A stretch of DNA of 64,000 bases from an uncultured Anaerolineales bacterium (GTDB lineage: Bacteria > Chloroflexota > Anaerolineae > Anaerolineales > UBA11858): positions 2,776 to 66,775 of the forward strand of contig CAZVPR010000011.1 in the NCBI GenBank assembly GCA_964629085.1, written 5' to 3'. The notes beneath the pieces are model-generated. The model ran no database searches. It had not been told where the DNA came from and worked only from the letters and a program-made list of their open reading frames with translations. Position 1 is the first letter of the stretch. Each line of letters begins with the position of its first letter. Positions 27,720-37,962 of the stretch are shown piece after piece. The translations under genes and the position numbers were made by a program.

Positions 27720-28961
27720 ATGGATGCGCCGGTTATTGTTGGAATAGATGTAGGAACGACGAAAGTGTGCACACTGGTTGCGCGCATTGAGGCTGACAAG
27801 AAGTTGCGCATCCTCGGTGTTGGCATCGAGCCATCAAAAGGTATGCAGAAAGGCTCGGTGGTGGATATGAACGCGGCAAGTCAGGCTATCGCTCGTTCAA
27901 TAGAAAAAGCAGAGCGCACTTCTGGACTTGAGATCGAGTCGGCCTTAGTAAGTATGGCTGGATCGCATGTTTCATCTGAAAACAGTAGAGGTGTTGTTGG
28001 TGTGACTGGGAAAACAATCGACGATGATGATGTTTACCGGGCTGTGGAAGCGGCGCGTGCGATCACTATTCCTCATAATCGTGAATTGATCCACGTAATT
28101 CAACGGGGTTTCATTGTTGATGGTCAAGGCGGCATTCGCATGCCTGTTGGAATGCATGGATATCGTCTGGAGGTTGAGACGCATGTGATAACAGCCGCTG
28201 CTGCGACAGTTGAAAACCTTAGGCAAGCCGTTGAATCAGCAGGAACGCGCGCCTCACAATTTGTTCTCAATCCATTGGCTTCTGCAGAAGTTGTTTTATC
28301 GGAAACTGAACGTGAAATGGGTGTTGTAGTTTGTGATATTGGTGGCGGCACCACAGATATGGCAATTTATATCGATGGCGATGTCTGGCATACGATGGTT
28401 TTAGGTATTGGCGGTAATCATATTACCTCAGATATTGCCCATGGTTTGCATTTGCCGGTTTCGAAAGCCGAAGAGATCAAGCTTCAACATGGACATGCTT
28501 TGCAAATGGAAGTAGATCCCGAAGAGGCATTTTATATCCACCCCTTTGGTGAGGAAAACCCTGTAACTATAAACCGGCAGGAGTTAAGCCTTATTATCGA
28601 GGCCCGTGTGGAAGAAATTTTCAGCCTTGTTCTCCAGGAAATAAAACGATCCGGATACGATGGATTATTGCCCGCCGGAATGGTATTGACAGGTGGAGCT
28701 AGCGCATTATCAGGAATTCGAAGATTGGCAAAACGAGTCTTGAATATGCCTGTCCAGGTAGCCCAACCCGATGGCTTGTTAGGGATGATTGATCAGCTAG
28801 ACTCCCCGGCATATTCCACAAGTGTGGGTTTATTGCGTTGGGCGATATTGATGAGTGAATATATTGGAGCCTATCCTGTTCCAAATCGCCGACCCAAGCG
28901 GTCAGCGGAGCCAGTTGATTGGAGCAAGATGAAAGGTATCTTAAGGAGATTATTGCCTTAA
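27720..28961 (+). CDS. ftsA: Cell division protein FtsA
   Basis: Actin-fold motifs (VGIDVGTTKVC, DIGGGTTDMAIY), 413 aa. Confidence 0.93.
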   Translation: MDAPVIVGIDVGTTKVCTLVARIEADKKLRILGVGIEPSKGMQKGSVVDMNAASQAIARSIEKAERTSGLEIESALVSMAGSHVSSENSRGVVGVTGKTIDDDDVYRAVEAARAITIPHNRELIHVIQRGFIVDGQGGIRMPVGMHGYRLEVETHVITAAAATVENLRQAVESAGTRASQFVLNPLASAEVVLSETEREMGVVVCDIGGGTTDMAIYIDGDVWHTMVLGIGGNHITSDIAHGLHLPVSKAEEIKLQHGHALQMEVDPEEAFYIHPFGEENPVTINRQELSLIIEARVEEIFSLVLQEIKRSGYDGLLPAGMVLTGGASALSGIRRLAKRVLNMPVQVAQPDGLLGMIDQLDSPAYSTSVGLLRWAILMSEYIGAYPVPNRRPKRSAEPVDWSKMKGILRRLLP

Positions 28962-29105
28962 CTAATTTTAAGGTAATTGGTAACAGAAATTGGACGACCT
29001 TTGGTAAAATCAATGAATCCTTCAAAAATGAACCTTAATGACATTGATGTGCAAAATAAAAACCGGGAGTCCATTTTTGATGGATCCAACGAGGAGGAAT
29101 TCAAA

Positions 29106-30203
29106 ATGCAAACATTGAATCAACCCGAATCATTTGCAAGAATAAAAGTGGTTGGTGTTGGCGGCGGTGGTTGTAATGCTGTTGACCGCATGATCGACGA
29201 GGGTCTGCAAGGTGTTGAGTTTATTGCCGTCAACACAGACGCGCAGGCTTTGGCACTTTCGCGCGCCACTACACGGGTAAGGATAGGTGATAAGCTAACG
29301 CGTGGCCTTGGATCAGGTGGCGATCCTGAAGTAGGACGCAAAGCTGCTGAAGAATCTGCTGAAGAACTTTACAATGTTCTGAAGGGCTCTGATATGGTAT
29401 TTGTAACCGCCGGCATTGGAGGTGGTACAGGCACCGGAGCATCTCCGGTGATTGCACAAATTTCAAAAGAAATCGGTGCTCTTACCATCGGTGTTGTCAC
29501 CCGACCATTCACCTTCGAAGGTGCACGCCGAATTAAATCTGCCGAAGCCGGGATTTCCGGCCTCAAAGAACAGGCAGATACATTGATCGTAATTCCCAAT
29601 GATCGCCTGCTTCAAATTGTGGACAAACGATCTTCATTACAAGAAGCCTTCAAGGTTGCCGATGATGTGCTGCGCCAGGGCATCCAGGGTATTTCAGAAC
29701 TGATAACCATTCCTGGTTTGATCAATCTTGACTTTGCGGATGTCAGGACGATTATGTCCGAAGGTGGCGCAGCTTTGATGGCAGTTGGGATGGCGACGGG
29801 CGATGATCGCGCTCGAGATGCTGCTGAACAGGCAATTTCGAGCCAACTATTAGATATCACTATCGACGGTGCTCGGGGCATTCTATTCAATGTTACTGGT
29901 GGGCCTGGGCTGACCCTCTTCGAAGTCAACCAGGCTGCAGCCATAATCAAAGAAACTGCCCATCCAGATGTCAACTTAATCTTTGGAGCGGTAATTGACC
30001 CTGATATGGGAGAAAACCTGCGCATTACAGTTATTGCAACAGGATTTGAAACCTCTGGTATCCCTCGGAGCATAATGGAACGAGCTGCTCGTCATCGCGA
30101 GCCAGTGGAATTGCAACCAGAAAAAGAAGAATTCAAACCGCGCACATTGAATACTGAAGATTTGGATATTCCCACATTTTTGCGGAATCGTGTGCGATCT
30201 TAA
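29106..30203 (+). CDS. ftsZ: Cell division GTPase FtsZ
   Basis: Tubulin signature [27 protein letters not shown]-terminal DIPTFLR peptide. ATG 29106 preceded by GGAGG (29093-29097). The ORF-track start at 28977 adds 43 unconserved residues. Confidence 0.95.
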   Translation: MQTLNQPESFARIKVVGVGGGGCNAVDRMIDEGLQGVEFIAVNTDAQALALSRATTRVRIGDKLTRGLGSGGDPEVGRKAAEESAEELYNVLKGSDMVFVTAGIGGGTGTGASPVIAQISKEIGALTIGVVTRPFTFEGARRIKSAEAGISGLKEQADTLIVIPNDRLLQIVDKRSSLQEAFKVADDVLRQGIQGISELITIPGLINLDFADVRTIMSEGGAALMAVGMATGDDRARDAAEQAISSQLLDITIDGARGILFNVTGGPGLTLFEVNQAAAIIKETAHPDVNLIFGAVIDPDMGENLRITVIATGFETSGIPRSIMERAARHREPVELQPEKEEFKPRTLNTEDLDIPTFLRNRVRS

Positions 30204-30294
30204 TGGTGCAAGCCTAATCGGGAAAGAGACACTCTAGCAAATAGAAGAGAACTGGCCCTCCTCCCAGTATATCTCTTTAGTCTGTTTACCCCTG

Positions 30295-30330
30295 ACTCCC
30301 CGCCGATGCTTTCGGGCGGGGAGTTTGGGT
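30295..30330 (+). terminator. Terminator of the dcw operon after ftsZ
   Basis: 10-bp GC-rich stem actccccgcc/ggcggggagt (30295-30304 / 30315-30324) followed by tttgggtt. Confidence 0.6.
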
Positions 30331-30392
30331 TAAAGCCAGATTCCCTAACCTTAAAAAACTGTTTATTTTAAGGTAAATAGTACTGGGAACGG

Positions 30393-30421
30393 TTGATATT
30401 GTAGCTCAAACGTGCTAGAAT
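30393..30421 (+). promoter_or_regulatory. Sigma-70-type promoter of nrdR-nrdJ
   Basis: TTGATA (30393-30398), exact 17-nt spacer, TAGAAT (30416-30421). Confidence 0.6.
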
Positions 30422-30431
30422 GTCTCCTGTT

Positions 30432-30449
30432 CAACCATTATATGTGCTG
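30432..30449 (+). promoter_or_regulatory. NrdR-box-like site 1
   Basis: caaccatTATATGTGctg shares the core TATATGTG with site 2. It resembles the NrdR box consensus acaCwAtATaTwGtgt and lies just downstream of the -10 box. Confidence 0.55.
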
Positions 30450-30463
30450 CTAATTTCGATGTT

Positions 30464-30481
30464 TCCCCCTATATGTGGGGG
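30464..30481 (+). promoter_or_regulatory. NrdR-box-like site 2
   Basis: tccccCTATATGTGGggg, a 16-bp imperfect palindrome matching about 11/16 consensus positions. It is centred 32 bp from site 1, the typical tandem NrdR-box phasing. Confidence 0.55.
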
Positions 30482-30500
30482 TATCTTTAGGGTGCTCTTT

Positions 30501-30953
30501 ATGTTATGTCCATATTGCCAGAATGGCCGATCACATGTTGTTGACACAACCAAGGATAAACGCGGCGGTGTTCGTCGGCGTCGTGAATGCCTGGGTTGCG
30601 GCCAGCGTTTTAGTACCTATGAACGCCCCATTTTGGCAACTCCTTTACTTGTAAAAGAAGATGGTACTAGAGAGGAATTTGATCGGGAAAAATTAATTCG
30701 TGGAATTCGAATTTCATGTGCAAAGCGCCCTGTTACCGCATCCGATTTACAGCGTCTCACCGGAGAAATTGAGGCTTCATTACAAGCAATGGGTAAAGCT
30801 GAGGTTTCCTCGCGTGTGGTCGGTGATATGGTTATCTCGGGGCTAAAAGAGTTAGATCATATTGCTTACGTACGTTATGCAATTGTCTATTTGGGGTTAG
30901 ACGATTTGGAATCTATTCGAACAGAGATCGACCGTTTACTGGAAACAAACTAG
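30501..30953 (+). CDS. nrdR: Transcriptional repressor NrdR (zinc ribbon + ATP-cone)
   Basis: MLCPYCQNGRSHVVDT...CLGCGQRFSTYE zinc ribbon followed by an ATP-cone. The ORF-track start at 30420 lies inside the promoter/operator, so it was trimmed to ATG 30501. Confidence 0.93.
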   Translation: MLCPYCQNGRSHVVDTTKDKRGGVRRRRECLGCGQRFSTYERPILATPLLVKEDGTREEFDREKLIRGIRISCAKRPVTASDLQRLTGEIEASLQAMGKAEVSSRVVGDMVISGLKELDHIAYVRYAIVYLGLDDLESIRTEIDRLLETN

Positions 30954-30977
30954 TCGATCGAAATACTCAGGGGAATG

Positions 30978-30993
30978 TCACTCTATGTGATTC
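30978..30993 (+). promoter_or_regulatory. Possible third, single NrdR-like half-conserved box upstream of nrdJ
   Basis: tcacTCTATGTGattc shares TMTATGTG with sites 1 and 2 and lies 23 nt before the nrdJ ATG. Weak. Confidence 0.3.
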
Positions 30994-31015
30994 ATTATTG
31001 TTAGAGGAGCGATGA

Positions 31016-33616
31016 ATGAATTTGAAAGCTGTTGATTCACAAGTTTACGAAAACACCGGGATTGAGACCCCGCCCTTTCCTGATGAATTACGTCAGGTCA
31101 ATTTGTCAGATAATGCATATCAGGTATTTAAGCGACGATACATGCGTCGTGATGAGAGTGGGGAACCCGTTGAAAATGTAGAGGGGACTTTTTGGCGAGT
31201 AGCCTATCAGATTGCATCCGTCGAATCACAGTGGGGAGGAGATACCTCTCAGGTGGCGCGACAGTTTTATGATTTGCTTGCCGAAAAGCGATTTCTGCCA
31301 AATTCGCCAACCTTTACGGGTGCTGGTACGCCCTTAGGTCAATTGGCCGCCTGTTTTGTACTCCCTTTGAGTGATGATATGGGCCGTTGGCATGATGGAA
31401 TCTTTCAAACCTTACGAAACGCGGCCTTGATTCAACAAACTGGTGGCGGAAATGGTTTTTCATTTTCGCGGCTTCGACCAGCCGGTTCGTTAATCAAAAC
31501 TTCATCTGGACAGGCAACAGGCCCCGTTGGATTCTTGAGTGTCTATGACAAAGCGTTTGGTGAAATTGCGCAGGGCGGAACACGGCGAGGTGCTAATATG
31601 GCAGTTCTGCGCGTAGACCACCCGGATATCGAAGATTTCATCACTTGCAAGATTGACGAAAACGCGATCACCAATTTCAACATCTCTGTTGGGATCACAG
31701 ATGCTTTCATGCAAGCGGTTGAGAACGATGATATGTGGTCATTGCGGTTTCCTGACGTTGATCATCCCGATTACCGAAAGTTTTCTGGTTCTTTGGATCA
31801 AGCTGAAGCAAATGGAATTCCCATCAAAACGTACAAACAGGTGCGCGCTCGCGATCTTTTTGAAAAGATTGTGAACCATGCTCACCACAATGGAGAGCCT
31901 GGAGTACTCTTTTTAGATGCTGCTAATCGTGGAAACCCTGTGCCACACCTCTATGAACTTGAAGCAACAAATCCTTGCGGAGAACAATTTTTGGGCCCGT
32001 ATGAAAATTGTTGTTTGGGATCCATTAATCTTGCCCAACATTTAGGGATGGATTGTGGGGTCGATTGGGATAAACTTCAGCAATCCGTTGAAGTTGCCAC
32101 GCGGTTTTTAGATAATGTTGTTGATGTCAATGCCTACGTGCCTTCTGTTCCGGAGCTGAGGGAAGCGGCGCTCCGCGCCCGCCGAATTGGACTTGGGATC
32201 ATGGGGTTGGCGGACTTGATGTACCACGTTGGTGTCAGATACGGTTCACCTGAAGGCCAAAAATTTGCGGCTCAAGTGATGGAATTTGTTCGTTACTATT
32301 CTATGCAGACAAGTATTGACTTGGCTAAAGAAAAAGGCCCATTCTCGGCCATCAAGGGAAGCATTTATGATCCTGATAATCTTGAGTGGGAACCTCCCAG
32401 CGAAAGCAAGCACGATGTTTCTTCTTGGAATAGACCGAATATCGAGTGGAAAAACATCGTTAGGGGCATTAAAAAACATGGAATTCGCAATGCAGCTCAA
32501 ACAACAATCGCACCGACGGGAACAATTGCAACTGTTGCTGGGTGTGAAGGTTATGGTTGTGAGCCAGTTTTTGCTTTGGCTTATATCCGACATGTTAACG
32601 ACAATGGCAAGGATTTGCAATTGTCCTATACCAGCCCATTTTTTGAAAAAGCTCTGATAGATGAAGGTTTAGAAGAAGATGTTCGTCAGAGCATAATTGA
32701 AGCGGTGATGCAAGCAGGTTCATGCCAGCATATTGAGGAATTGCCTGAACAATTGCGAGAAATTTTTGTTGTCTCACAGGATATTACTGCGACTGAACAT
32801 GTATTGATGCAATCTGCTTTGCAAGCATATGTTGATAATAGCCTTTCCAAAACGATCAATTTTCCCGCGGATGCGTTAGAAGAGGATGTTGCTACGGCAT
32901 ATCAACTAGCTTGGGAGGCTGGCTGCAAGGGAATAACTGTATATGTAACAGGATCACGCCAAAAGGTGGTTCTTGAGACTCAAAAAACAGCAGAACAAAA
33001 ATCTGAAGGTCAAGTATCAAAGGAATTAACGCAAAGTGACCGTTTGACGATCTGGCATAAAACTAAGAAACCACGCCCTCGCCGTTTACGAGGGTTTACC
33101 TATAATGTAAATACTCCCCTAGGGAAGGCATTCATTACCGTCAATGAGAATGGTGGTGAACAACCTTTCGAGGTCTTTATTAATACTGCAAAAGCTGGAT
33201 CAGATACCGCAGCAGTATCTGAAGCTATCGGGCGATTGTTATCCTATACGCTAAGGATAGCCTCGCCGATTGAGCCGCGAGAACGTCTCCATGAAATCGT
33301 TCATCAACTTTCGGGGATCGGAGGGGGACGTTCGTTAGGATTTGGCCCTAATCGAGTTCGTTCTCTTCCTGATGGAATATCGCAGGCATTGCGTGAATAC
33401 TTGCAATATTCACTTGATGAATTTGCCTGGCGCGAAGTTGATCGGGACAATGGCCACGATGCGGGCGAAACAACGAGGCTGATCAACACTTTATCCGATG
33501 ATGACCGATCATCACCTCCCAAAATTGGCGACCTTTGTCCAGATTGCGGTCAGGCTGCCTTGGTGAACGAAGAAGGATGTCGAAAATGTTATGCTTGTGG
33601 GTATAGTGAATGTTAG
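31016..33616 (+). CDS. nrdJ: Adenosylcobalamin-dependent ribonucleotide reductase, class II
   Basis: 866 aa. Motifs ATNPCGEQ and [11 protein letters not shown], plus a C-terminal Cys-rich zinc-ribbon tail CPDCG...[12 protein letters not shown]. No intein-like insertion seen. Confidence 0.93.
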   Translation: MNLKAVDSQVYENTGIETPPFPDELRQVNLSDNAYQVFKRRYMRRDESGEPVENVEGTFWRVAYQIASVESQWGGDTSQVARQFYDLLAEKRFLPNSPTFTGAGTPLGQLAACFVLPLSDDMGRWHDGIFQTLRNAALIQQTGGGNGFSFSRLRPAGSLIKTSSGQATGPVGFLSVYDKAFGEIAQGGTRRGANMAVLRVDHPDIEDFITCKIDENAITNFNISVGITDAFMQAVENDDMWSLRFPDVDHPDYRKFSGSLDQAEANGIPIKTYKQVRARDLFEKIVNHAHHNGEPGVLFLDAANRGNPVPHLYELEATNPCGEQFLGPYENCCLGSINLAQHLGMDCGVDWDKLQQSVEVATRFLDNVVDVNAYVPSVPELREAALRARRIGLGIMGLADLMYHVGVRYGSPEGQKFAAQVMEFVRYYSMQTSIDLAKEKGPFSAIKGSIYDPDNLEWEPPSESKHDVSSWNRPNIEWKNIVRGIKKHGIRNAAQTTIAPTGTIATVAGCEGYGCEPVFALAYIRHVNDNGKDLQLSYTSPFFEKALIDEGLEEDVRQSIIEAVMQAGSCQHIEELPEQLREIFVVSQDITATEHVLMQSALQAYVDNSLSKTINFPADALEEDVATAYQLAWEAGCKGITVYVTGSRQKVVLETQKTAEQKSEGQVSKELTQSDRLTIWHKTKKPRPRRLRGFTYNVNTPLGKAFITVNENGGEQPFEVFINTAKAGSDTAAVSEAIGRLLSYTLRIASPIEPRERLHEIVHQLSGIGGGRSLGFGPNRVRSLPDGISQALREYLQYSLDEFAWREVDRDNGHDAGETTRLINTLSDDDRSSPPKIGDLCPDCGQAALVNEEGCRKCYACGYSEC

Positions 33617-33673
33617 CAAAATAATTGCAGCAATAATTCACTATCAGCAAAAAAATAAGGTATTGAAGTGCAC

Positions 33674-33707
33674 AAATGGGTGAGATTGCCTCACCCATTT
33701 TCCTTTG
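33674..33707 (+). terminator. Rho-independent terminator of nrdJ
   Basis: aaatgggtgag / ctcacccattt 11-bp stem, 5-nt loop, T-rich tail. Confidence 0.8.
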
Positions 33708-33906
33708 ATTGCAGGTAACTATTTTAGCACTGAGAAGGTTCCTGATGTACTTGAATGAAAGTAGATTTTTGTAATCCCTGGTAGAATTAAGTAAGGAATA
33801 TTTTATTTTTAGAATGAAATTATAATATTCATGTCTATTTATGGCAGAAAATTAATTGCTATTCAACTGGAAATTATCAGAGTTTTGTGCCTGCGGTGTG
33901 GAATTG

Positions 33907-35721
33907 ATGAATAAGGTTGAAATAGCATTTTTTGCGCCGATAGCATTATCATTGGCATTATCTTTGGGGGTTTGGTTATATTCATGGAAACGAAGGGCCG
34001 TAATTGGTGCTAGTGCATTTTCATGGTTTGTGTTGACGCAGATTATTTATACATCTACTTATATTCTTGAATTACTCACCCAATCCAATGATGGAAAGGT
34101 ATTTTGGGGAAATGTCAAGTATTTTGTTGTCGCGTTTGGCCCGTTTTCAATCTTATACTTTTCATTAAAATTTACTCGACGACATTTCAAAAATCCGTTA
34201 AGAACATGGACGTTGCTCATGATTTTGCCGACCATGTTCATGGTGCTATTATTGACGGATGGATATCATCATTTGATTCGAGAAAATATTCAGCTTACTC
34301 CACTAGGTCCTTTCTTTATTGTGGGAAATGGACTATCAAATATTTATTGGTTGATAAGTTATTATAGTTTTGGTGTAGCGCTTTTTGGGATTTCATTGAT
34401 AGTAGCGAGGTATTTCGACGCGCAACCCTTATTCCGTCCCCAGATTCTTTCAGTTTTAATAGGCATTATCTTTCCTTTGGCAGGAGTGGTTTTTTCATTA
34501 GTGGGCAGTCACCTAATTTATGATATTGACCTTGCCCATATCGCTTCGTCAATTGGGAATCTGGTAATTGCGTGGAGTCTTTTCCAATATAGGTTGTTTG
34601 ATATTGTGCCGGTAGCAAGGGATCGATTGGTTGAGTACTTGCAGGATACAGTGATTATTCTGGATAAACAAGATCGAATAGTGGATGTAAATCACGCGTC
34701 AATAGAGTTTATCGATCAACCCGCGAATTCGATTAGCGGAAAAAAAGCATTTGATGTAATTCCATTTTGGAATGAGCTCATTAAGCAAATTCAAGATACG
34801 AAAGATCAGCCTGTTGAAATGGTATTTGGTGATGGAGAAAATGAAAAGATACTGTCATTCCATTTCTCTGAGTTACAAACATCCGTTGGAGATGCAGGGG
34901 GGAGAATGATAATCGTTCATGACATTACTGAATTGAAAAAAGCTGAAAGGGAAATTAAGGAAAAAAATCGTAAACTTGAGATTTTGAATGATGATCTTGC
35001 TGAAGCCAACGAACAACATAAAAAGTTGGGGGAGGTAAAGGATAAGTTTGTAGCAAATGTGTCGCATGAATTACGGACGCCCCTAACCAATATCAAACTT
35101 TATCATGAGTTGGCTAACCTACAGCCAGATAGAATAAGTGAATTTCTGGTGATTTTATCAAGGGAGACCGACCGCTTGACCGACCTCATTGAAGATTTGC
35201 TGGCGTTGTCACGTTTTGATCAAGGAGTTGTGCGTTTAAACAAATCATCGTTTGACTTGAATGAGTTGATTAGTGAATTAGGAGAAGACCGAGAAAGTCT
35301 GGCCGTATCAAAAGGATTATTACTGAAAATAAATCCAAAGGAAGGTATTCCACTCGTTTTTGCGGATCGAAATTTAATTGGTCAGATTTTGAGCATTTTA
35401 CTCACAAATGCTTTTAACTATACTCCAGAAAAAGGAACTGTAAGTGTTAGTACTTGCGAAAGAGAGCAGGATAATCGCAAATGGGTAGGATTTGTCGTGC
35501 GAGATACAGGCATGGGAATAGACCCGGAAGAATTGAAAACACTATTTACACGGTTCTACAGGGGTAAAGTTGGGAGAAAATCTGGCGTGTCTGGAACCGG
35601 ATTAGGGTTATCAATTGCCAAGGAAATTGTTGAACGTCATCAAGGGGAAATCGAGGTTGAAAGCAATGGTGTGCCAGGGGAAGGAACTACTTTCAAAGTT
35701 TGGTTTGTTGTTGAAAACTAA
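33907..35721 (+). CDS. Sensor histidine kinase with N-terminal ~7-TM sensor region, PAS, HisKA, HATPase
   Basis: Multi-TM N-terminus (about 230 aa), PAS-like region, coiled-coil, H-box SHELRTPLTNI, G-boxes DTGMGI and GTGLGLSIAKEIV. ATG 33907. No response regulator gene is adjacent. Confidence 0.85.
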   Translation: MNKVEIAFFAPIALSLALSLGVWLYSWKRRAVIGASAFSWFVLTQIIYTSTYILELLTQSNDGKVFWGNVKYFVVAFGPFSILYFSLKFTRRHFKNPLRTWTLLMILPTMFMVLLLTDGYHHLIRENIQLTPLGPFFIVGNGLSNIYWLISYYSFGVALFGISLIVARYFDAQPLFRPQILSVLIGIIFPLAGVVFSLVGSHLIYDIDLAHIASSIGNLVIAWSLFQYRLFDIVPVARDRLVEYLQDTVIILDKQDRIVDVNHASIEFIDQPANSISGKKAFDVIPFWNELIKQIQDTKDQPVEMVFGDGENEKILSFHFSELQTSVGDAGGRMIIVHDITELKKAEREIKEKNRKLEILNDDLAEANEQHKKLGEVKDKFVANVSHELRTPLTNIKLYHELANLQPDRISEFLVILSRETDRLTDLIEDLLALSRFDQGVVRLNKSSFDLNELISELGEDRESLAVSKGLLLKINPKEGIPLVFADRNLIGQILSILLTNAFNYTPEKGTVSVSTCEREQDNRKWVGFVVRDTGMGIDPEELKTLFTRFYRGKVGRKSGVSGTGLGLSIAKEIVERHQGEIEVESNGVPGEGTTFKVWFVVEN

Positions 35722-35834
35722 TACTATCTAATACAATTCCTAACTAAAATGTAACGAAGATTATAGTGGCAAATGGGAGTTTGTAGGTAAACTAAGATTA
35801 CTCTATAAAAAATTTGACACGGAGGATTTTAGCA

Positions 35835-36263
35835 ATGATTCAAGAAACATATTTGTCCGTAGAGATGCTCCAAAGGGGCGGAGGATTACCCACTTGGGTT
35901 TGGCTCTTAATTTTATTAGTCATTATTCTGATCGTAGTATTTGCTTTGAATTGGAATACACGTAAAAGTGGCGAAGATGTTGCTGCCCATCATGAACCAG
36001 CTGCTGATGCAGAGCCCGATGATCTGACAATGATTGAAGGTATTGGTCCTAAGATCGCCAGTGTATTTCAAAGTGCAGGTATATCGACCTTTGCTAAACT
36101 TGCCGAATCAGAGGTCAGTGAACTACAGAAAGCGTTGGATGATGCCAGCATTCGATTAGGTAATCCTGAAACTTGGCCGCAGCAGGCTAAACTGGCAGCT
36201 GCCGGCGAATGGGAAGCACTAGAAAAACTGCAGGATGAGCTTCAAGGAGGGCGCGCCGCCTGA
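35835..36263 (+). CDS. Membrane-anchored helix-hairpin-helix (DUF4332-like) protein
   Basis: One TM helix (WVWLLILLVIILIVVFAL), then DDLTMIEGIGPKIASVFQSAGISTFAKLA, an HhH-type motif common in small Chloroflexi/cyanobacterial proteins. GGAGG lies 9 nt before ATG 35835. Confidence 0.6.
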   Translation: MIQETYLSVEMLQRGGGLPTWVWLLILLVIILIVVFALNWNTRKSGEDVAAHHEPAADAEPDDLTMIEGIGPKIASVFQSAGISTFAKLAESEVSELQKALDDASIRLGNPETWPQQAKLAAAGEWEALEKLQDELQGGRAA

Positions 36264-36287
36264 GAATTTCCATAAAGTGAAGATAAG

Positions 36288-36319
36288 AAGACCGGTTTTC
36301 ATTGAGCCGGTCTTTTTTG
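36288..36319 (+). terminator. Rho-independent terminator
   Basis: aagaccgg / ccggtctt stem followed by tttttt. Confidence 0.8.
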
Positions 36320-36371
36320 TTTGCGCGCGAGGGTATAATGCTCTTGTTAGCGAAAAAACTTAGGAGGCAAT

Positions 36372-37133
36372 ATGACTAATTCAACCATTCAGCTTATCCA
36401 CGAGCATCGTTCAGTCCGAAATTATAAGCCAGATCTGGTGCCCAAGAAAATGATCGAGACCATTGTTGCCGCGGGGCAACGCGCTTCTACTTCATCAAAT
36501 TTACAAATGTTTAGTGTAGTAGTTGCCACGGATGAAACTCAGCGGGCCCAATTAATGGAATTGTGTGGGTCTCAAAACCACATCCGACAAGCACCCGTGT
36601 TTATGGCCTGGTGTGCTGATCTAAGCCGCCTGGATCGAGTCTGTAAAATGCAGGGATATAAACAAGAAGCTGGAAACATGGAAAACTTATTGCTGGCGGT
36701 AGTAGATGCGGCTATTGCCATGCAGAATGCTGCCCTGGCTGCCGAATCTTTGGGATTGGGCATGTGTTATATCGGCGGGATTCGCAATAATCCTCAAGAA
36801 GTCATTGATCTGTTTCAATTACCCAAATTGGTTTTTCCAGTTAGCGGCATGACCTTGGGTTGGCCGGAGAAAACTCAACGCATAAAGCCGAGACTTGATT
36901 TGAAATCTGTCCTTCATTGGGATAGCTATACTGAAGATGATGAAGTGTATTTACGTGCATACGATACTGAAATGATCGCGTCTGGAATCTATTCTGGGCG
37001 ACAAGTATTAGGTCGAGATGAAATCTCTGAGCACGATTATGGTTGGATGGAACATTCCGCACGGAGAGTTGCGCAGTCTCAACGCCCTCATTTACGCCAG
37101 GCATTGTTGAATGCTGGGTTTGAAATGAAATAA
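36372..37133 (+). CDS. NfsA-like oxygen-insensitive NAD(P)H nitroreductase
   Basis: HRSVRNYKPD, GQRASTSSNLQMFSVV, GLGMCYIGGIRN. About 250 aa, NfsA/FRP family pattern. Confidence 0.85.
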   Translation: MTNSTIQLIHEHRSVRNYKPDLVPKKMIETIVAAGQRASTSSNLQMFSVVVATDETQRAQLMELCGSQNHIRQAPVFMAWCADLSRLDRVCKMQGYKQEAGNMENLLLAVVDAAIAMQNAALAAESLGLGMCYIGGIRNNPQEVIDLFQLPKLVFPVSGMTLGWPEKTQRIKPRLDLKSVLHWDSYTEDDEVYLRAYDTEMIASGIYSGRQVLGRDEISEHDYGWMEHSARRVAQSQRPHLRQALLNAGFEMK

Positions 37134-37900
37134 TGAATCCCGAAATCATCCGCCTTATTGAAGAAGCCTCATTGAATGCCTGGCCTTCGTTGCAGCAACA
37201 TCTCTATGATGGCTGGGTCTTACGCTTTTCCAATGGTTATACCAAACGCGCCAATTCAATCAATCCATTGTATGAGGGGAAACTGGATTTGGAGAAAAAA
37301 ATTGAGCATTGTGAAGACATTTATGGCCTTCGATCTTTGCCGCCTATTTTTCGTCTGACAACTCCTTTTGCTCCGCACACGTTAGATACAATTTTGACAC
37401 AACGCGGTTATCAGAAAATCGATCCCACCTGGGTGATGGTCATGGATTTGGCGACGTGGCAGCCCGGATTTTCTTCAGTTTCTATCGAGCGGTTGGATAT
37501 CGATGATTGGATGGATCTCTTCATAACTTTCAGTGGATACAACCCCGAGAAGCAATCCATTCACCAGAAGATGTTAGGGCAGATTCAAAACCCCGTTTTT
37601 GCAGTATCACGCCTAACTACAGGTGAACCGGTTTCTTGTGGTTTGGGAGTTTTGCAGGGGAGATTGTTTGGTATGTTTGATATTGTTACCAACTCAAATC
37701 ACCGAAACCGCGGCTATGGTCAAAAGTTGGTTGCCGGGTTGCTGCGCGAGGCTCAAAATCAAGGGGCAGATATCTCCTATCTTCAAGTTATGGAAATAAA
37801 TTCACCGGCGCGTTACCTTTATTCGAAAATAGGCTATCAAGATGTTTATCATTATTGGTATCGGGTGCCGAGAGAAGGAAAAAAAGGTTTGGCAATTTGA
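37133..37900 (+). CDS. GNAT family N-acetyltransferase
   Basis: N-terminal WPSLQQHLYDGWVLRFSNGYTKRANSINP module plus a C-terminal GNAT motif (HRNRGYGQKLVAGLL). TAATG overlap with the nitroreductase stop. Confidence 0.75.
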   Translation: MNPEIIRLIEEASLNAWPSLQQHLYDGWVLRFSNGYTKRANSINPLYEGKLDLEKKIEHCEDIYGLRSLPPIFRLTTPFAPHTLDTILTQRGYQKIDPTWVMVMDLATWQPGFSSVSIERLDIDDWMDLFITFSGYNPEKQSIHQKMLGQIQNPVFAVSRLTTGEPVSCGLGVLQGRLFGMFDIVTNSNHRNRGYGQKLVAGLLREAQNQGADISYLQVMEINSPARYLYSKIGYQDVYHYWYRVPREGKKGLAI

Positions 37901-37962
37901 GATGCTATAATCTTGCTTGATCAAATTGTTTATCATTGAAAACAGATTCCAGGAGCAAAAAA

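Noticed and set aside
31016-33616. Possible intein in the class II ribonucleotide reductase
   Set aside because: The sequence is collinear with NrdJ motifs. There is no extra ~130-450-aa block, no C/S...HN-C/S/T splice junctions and no homing-endonuclease motifs.
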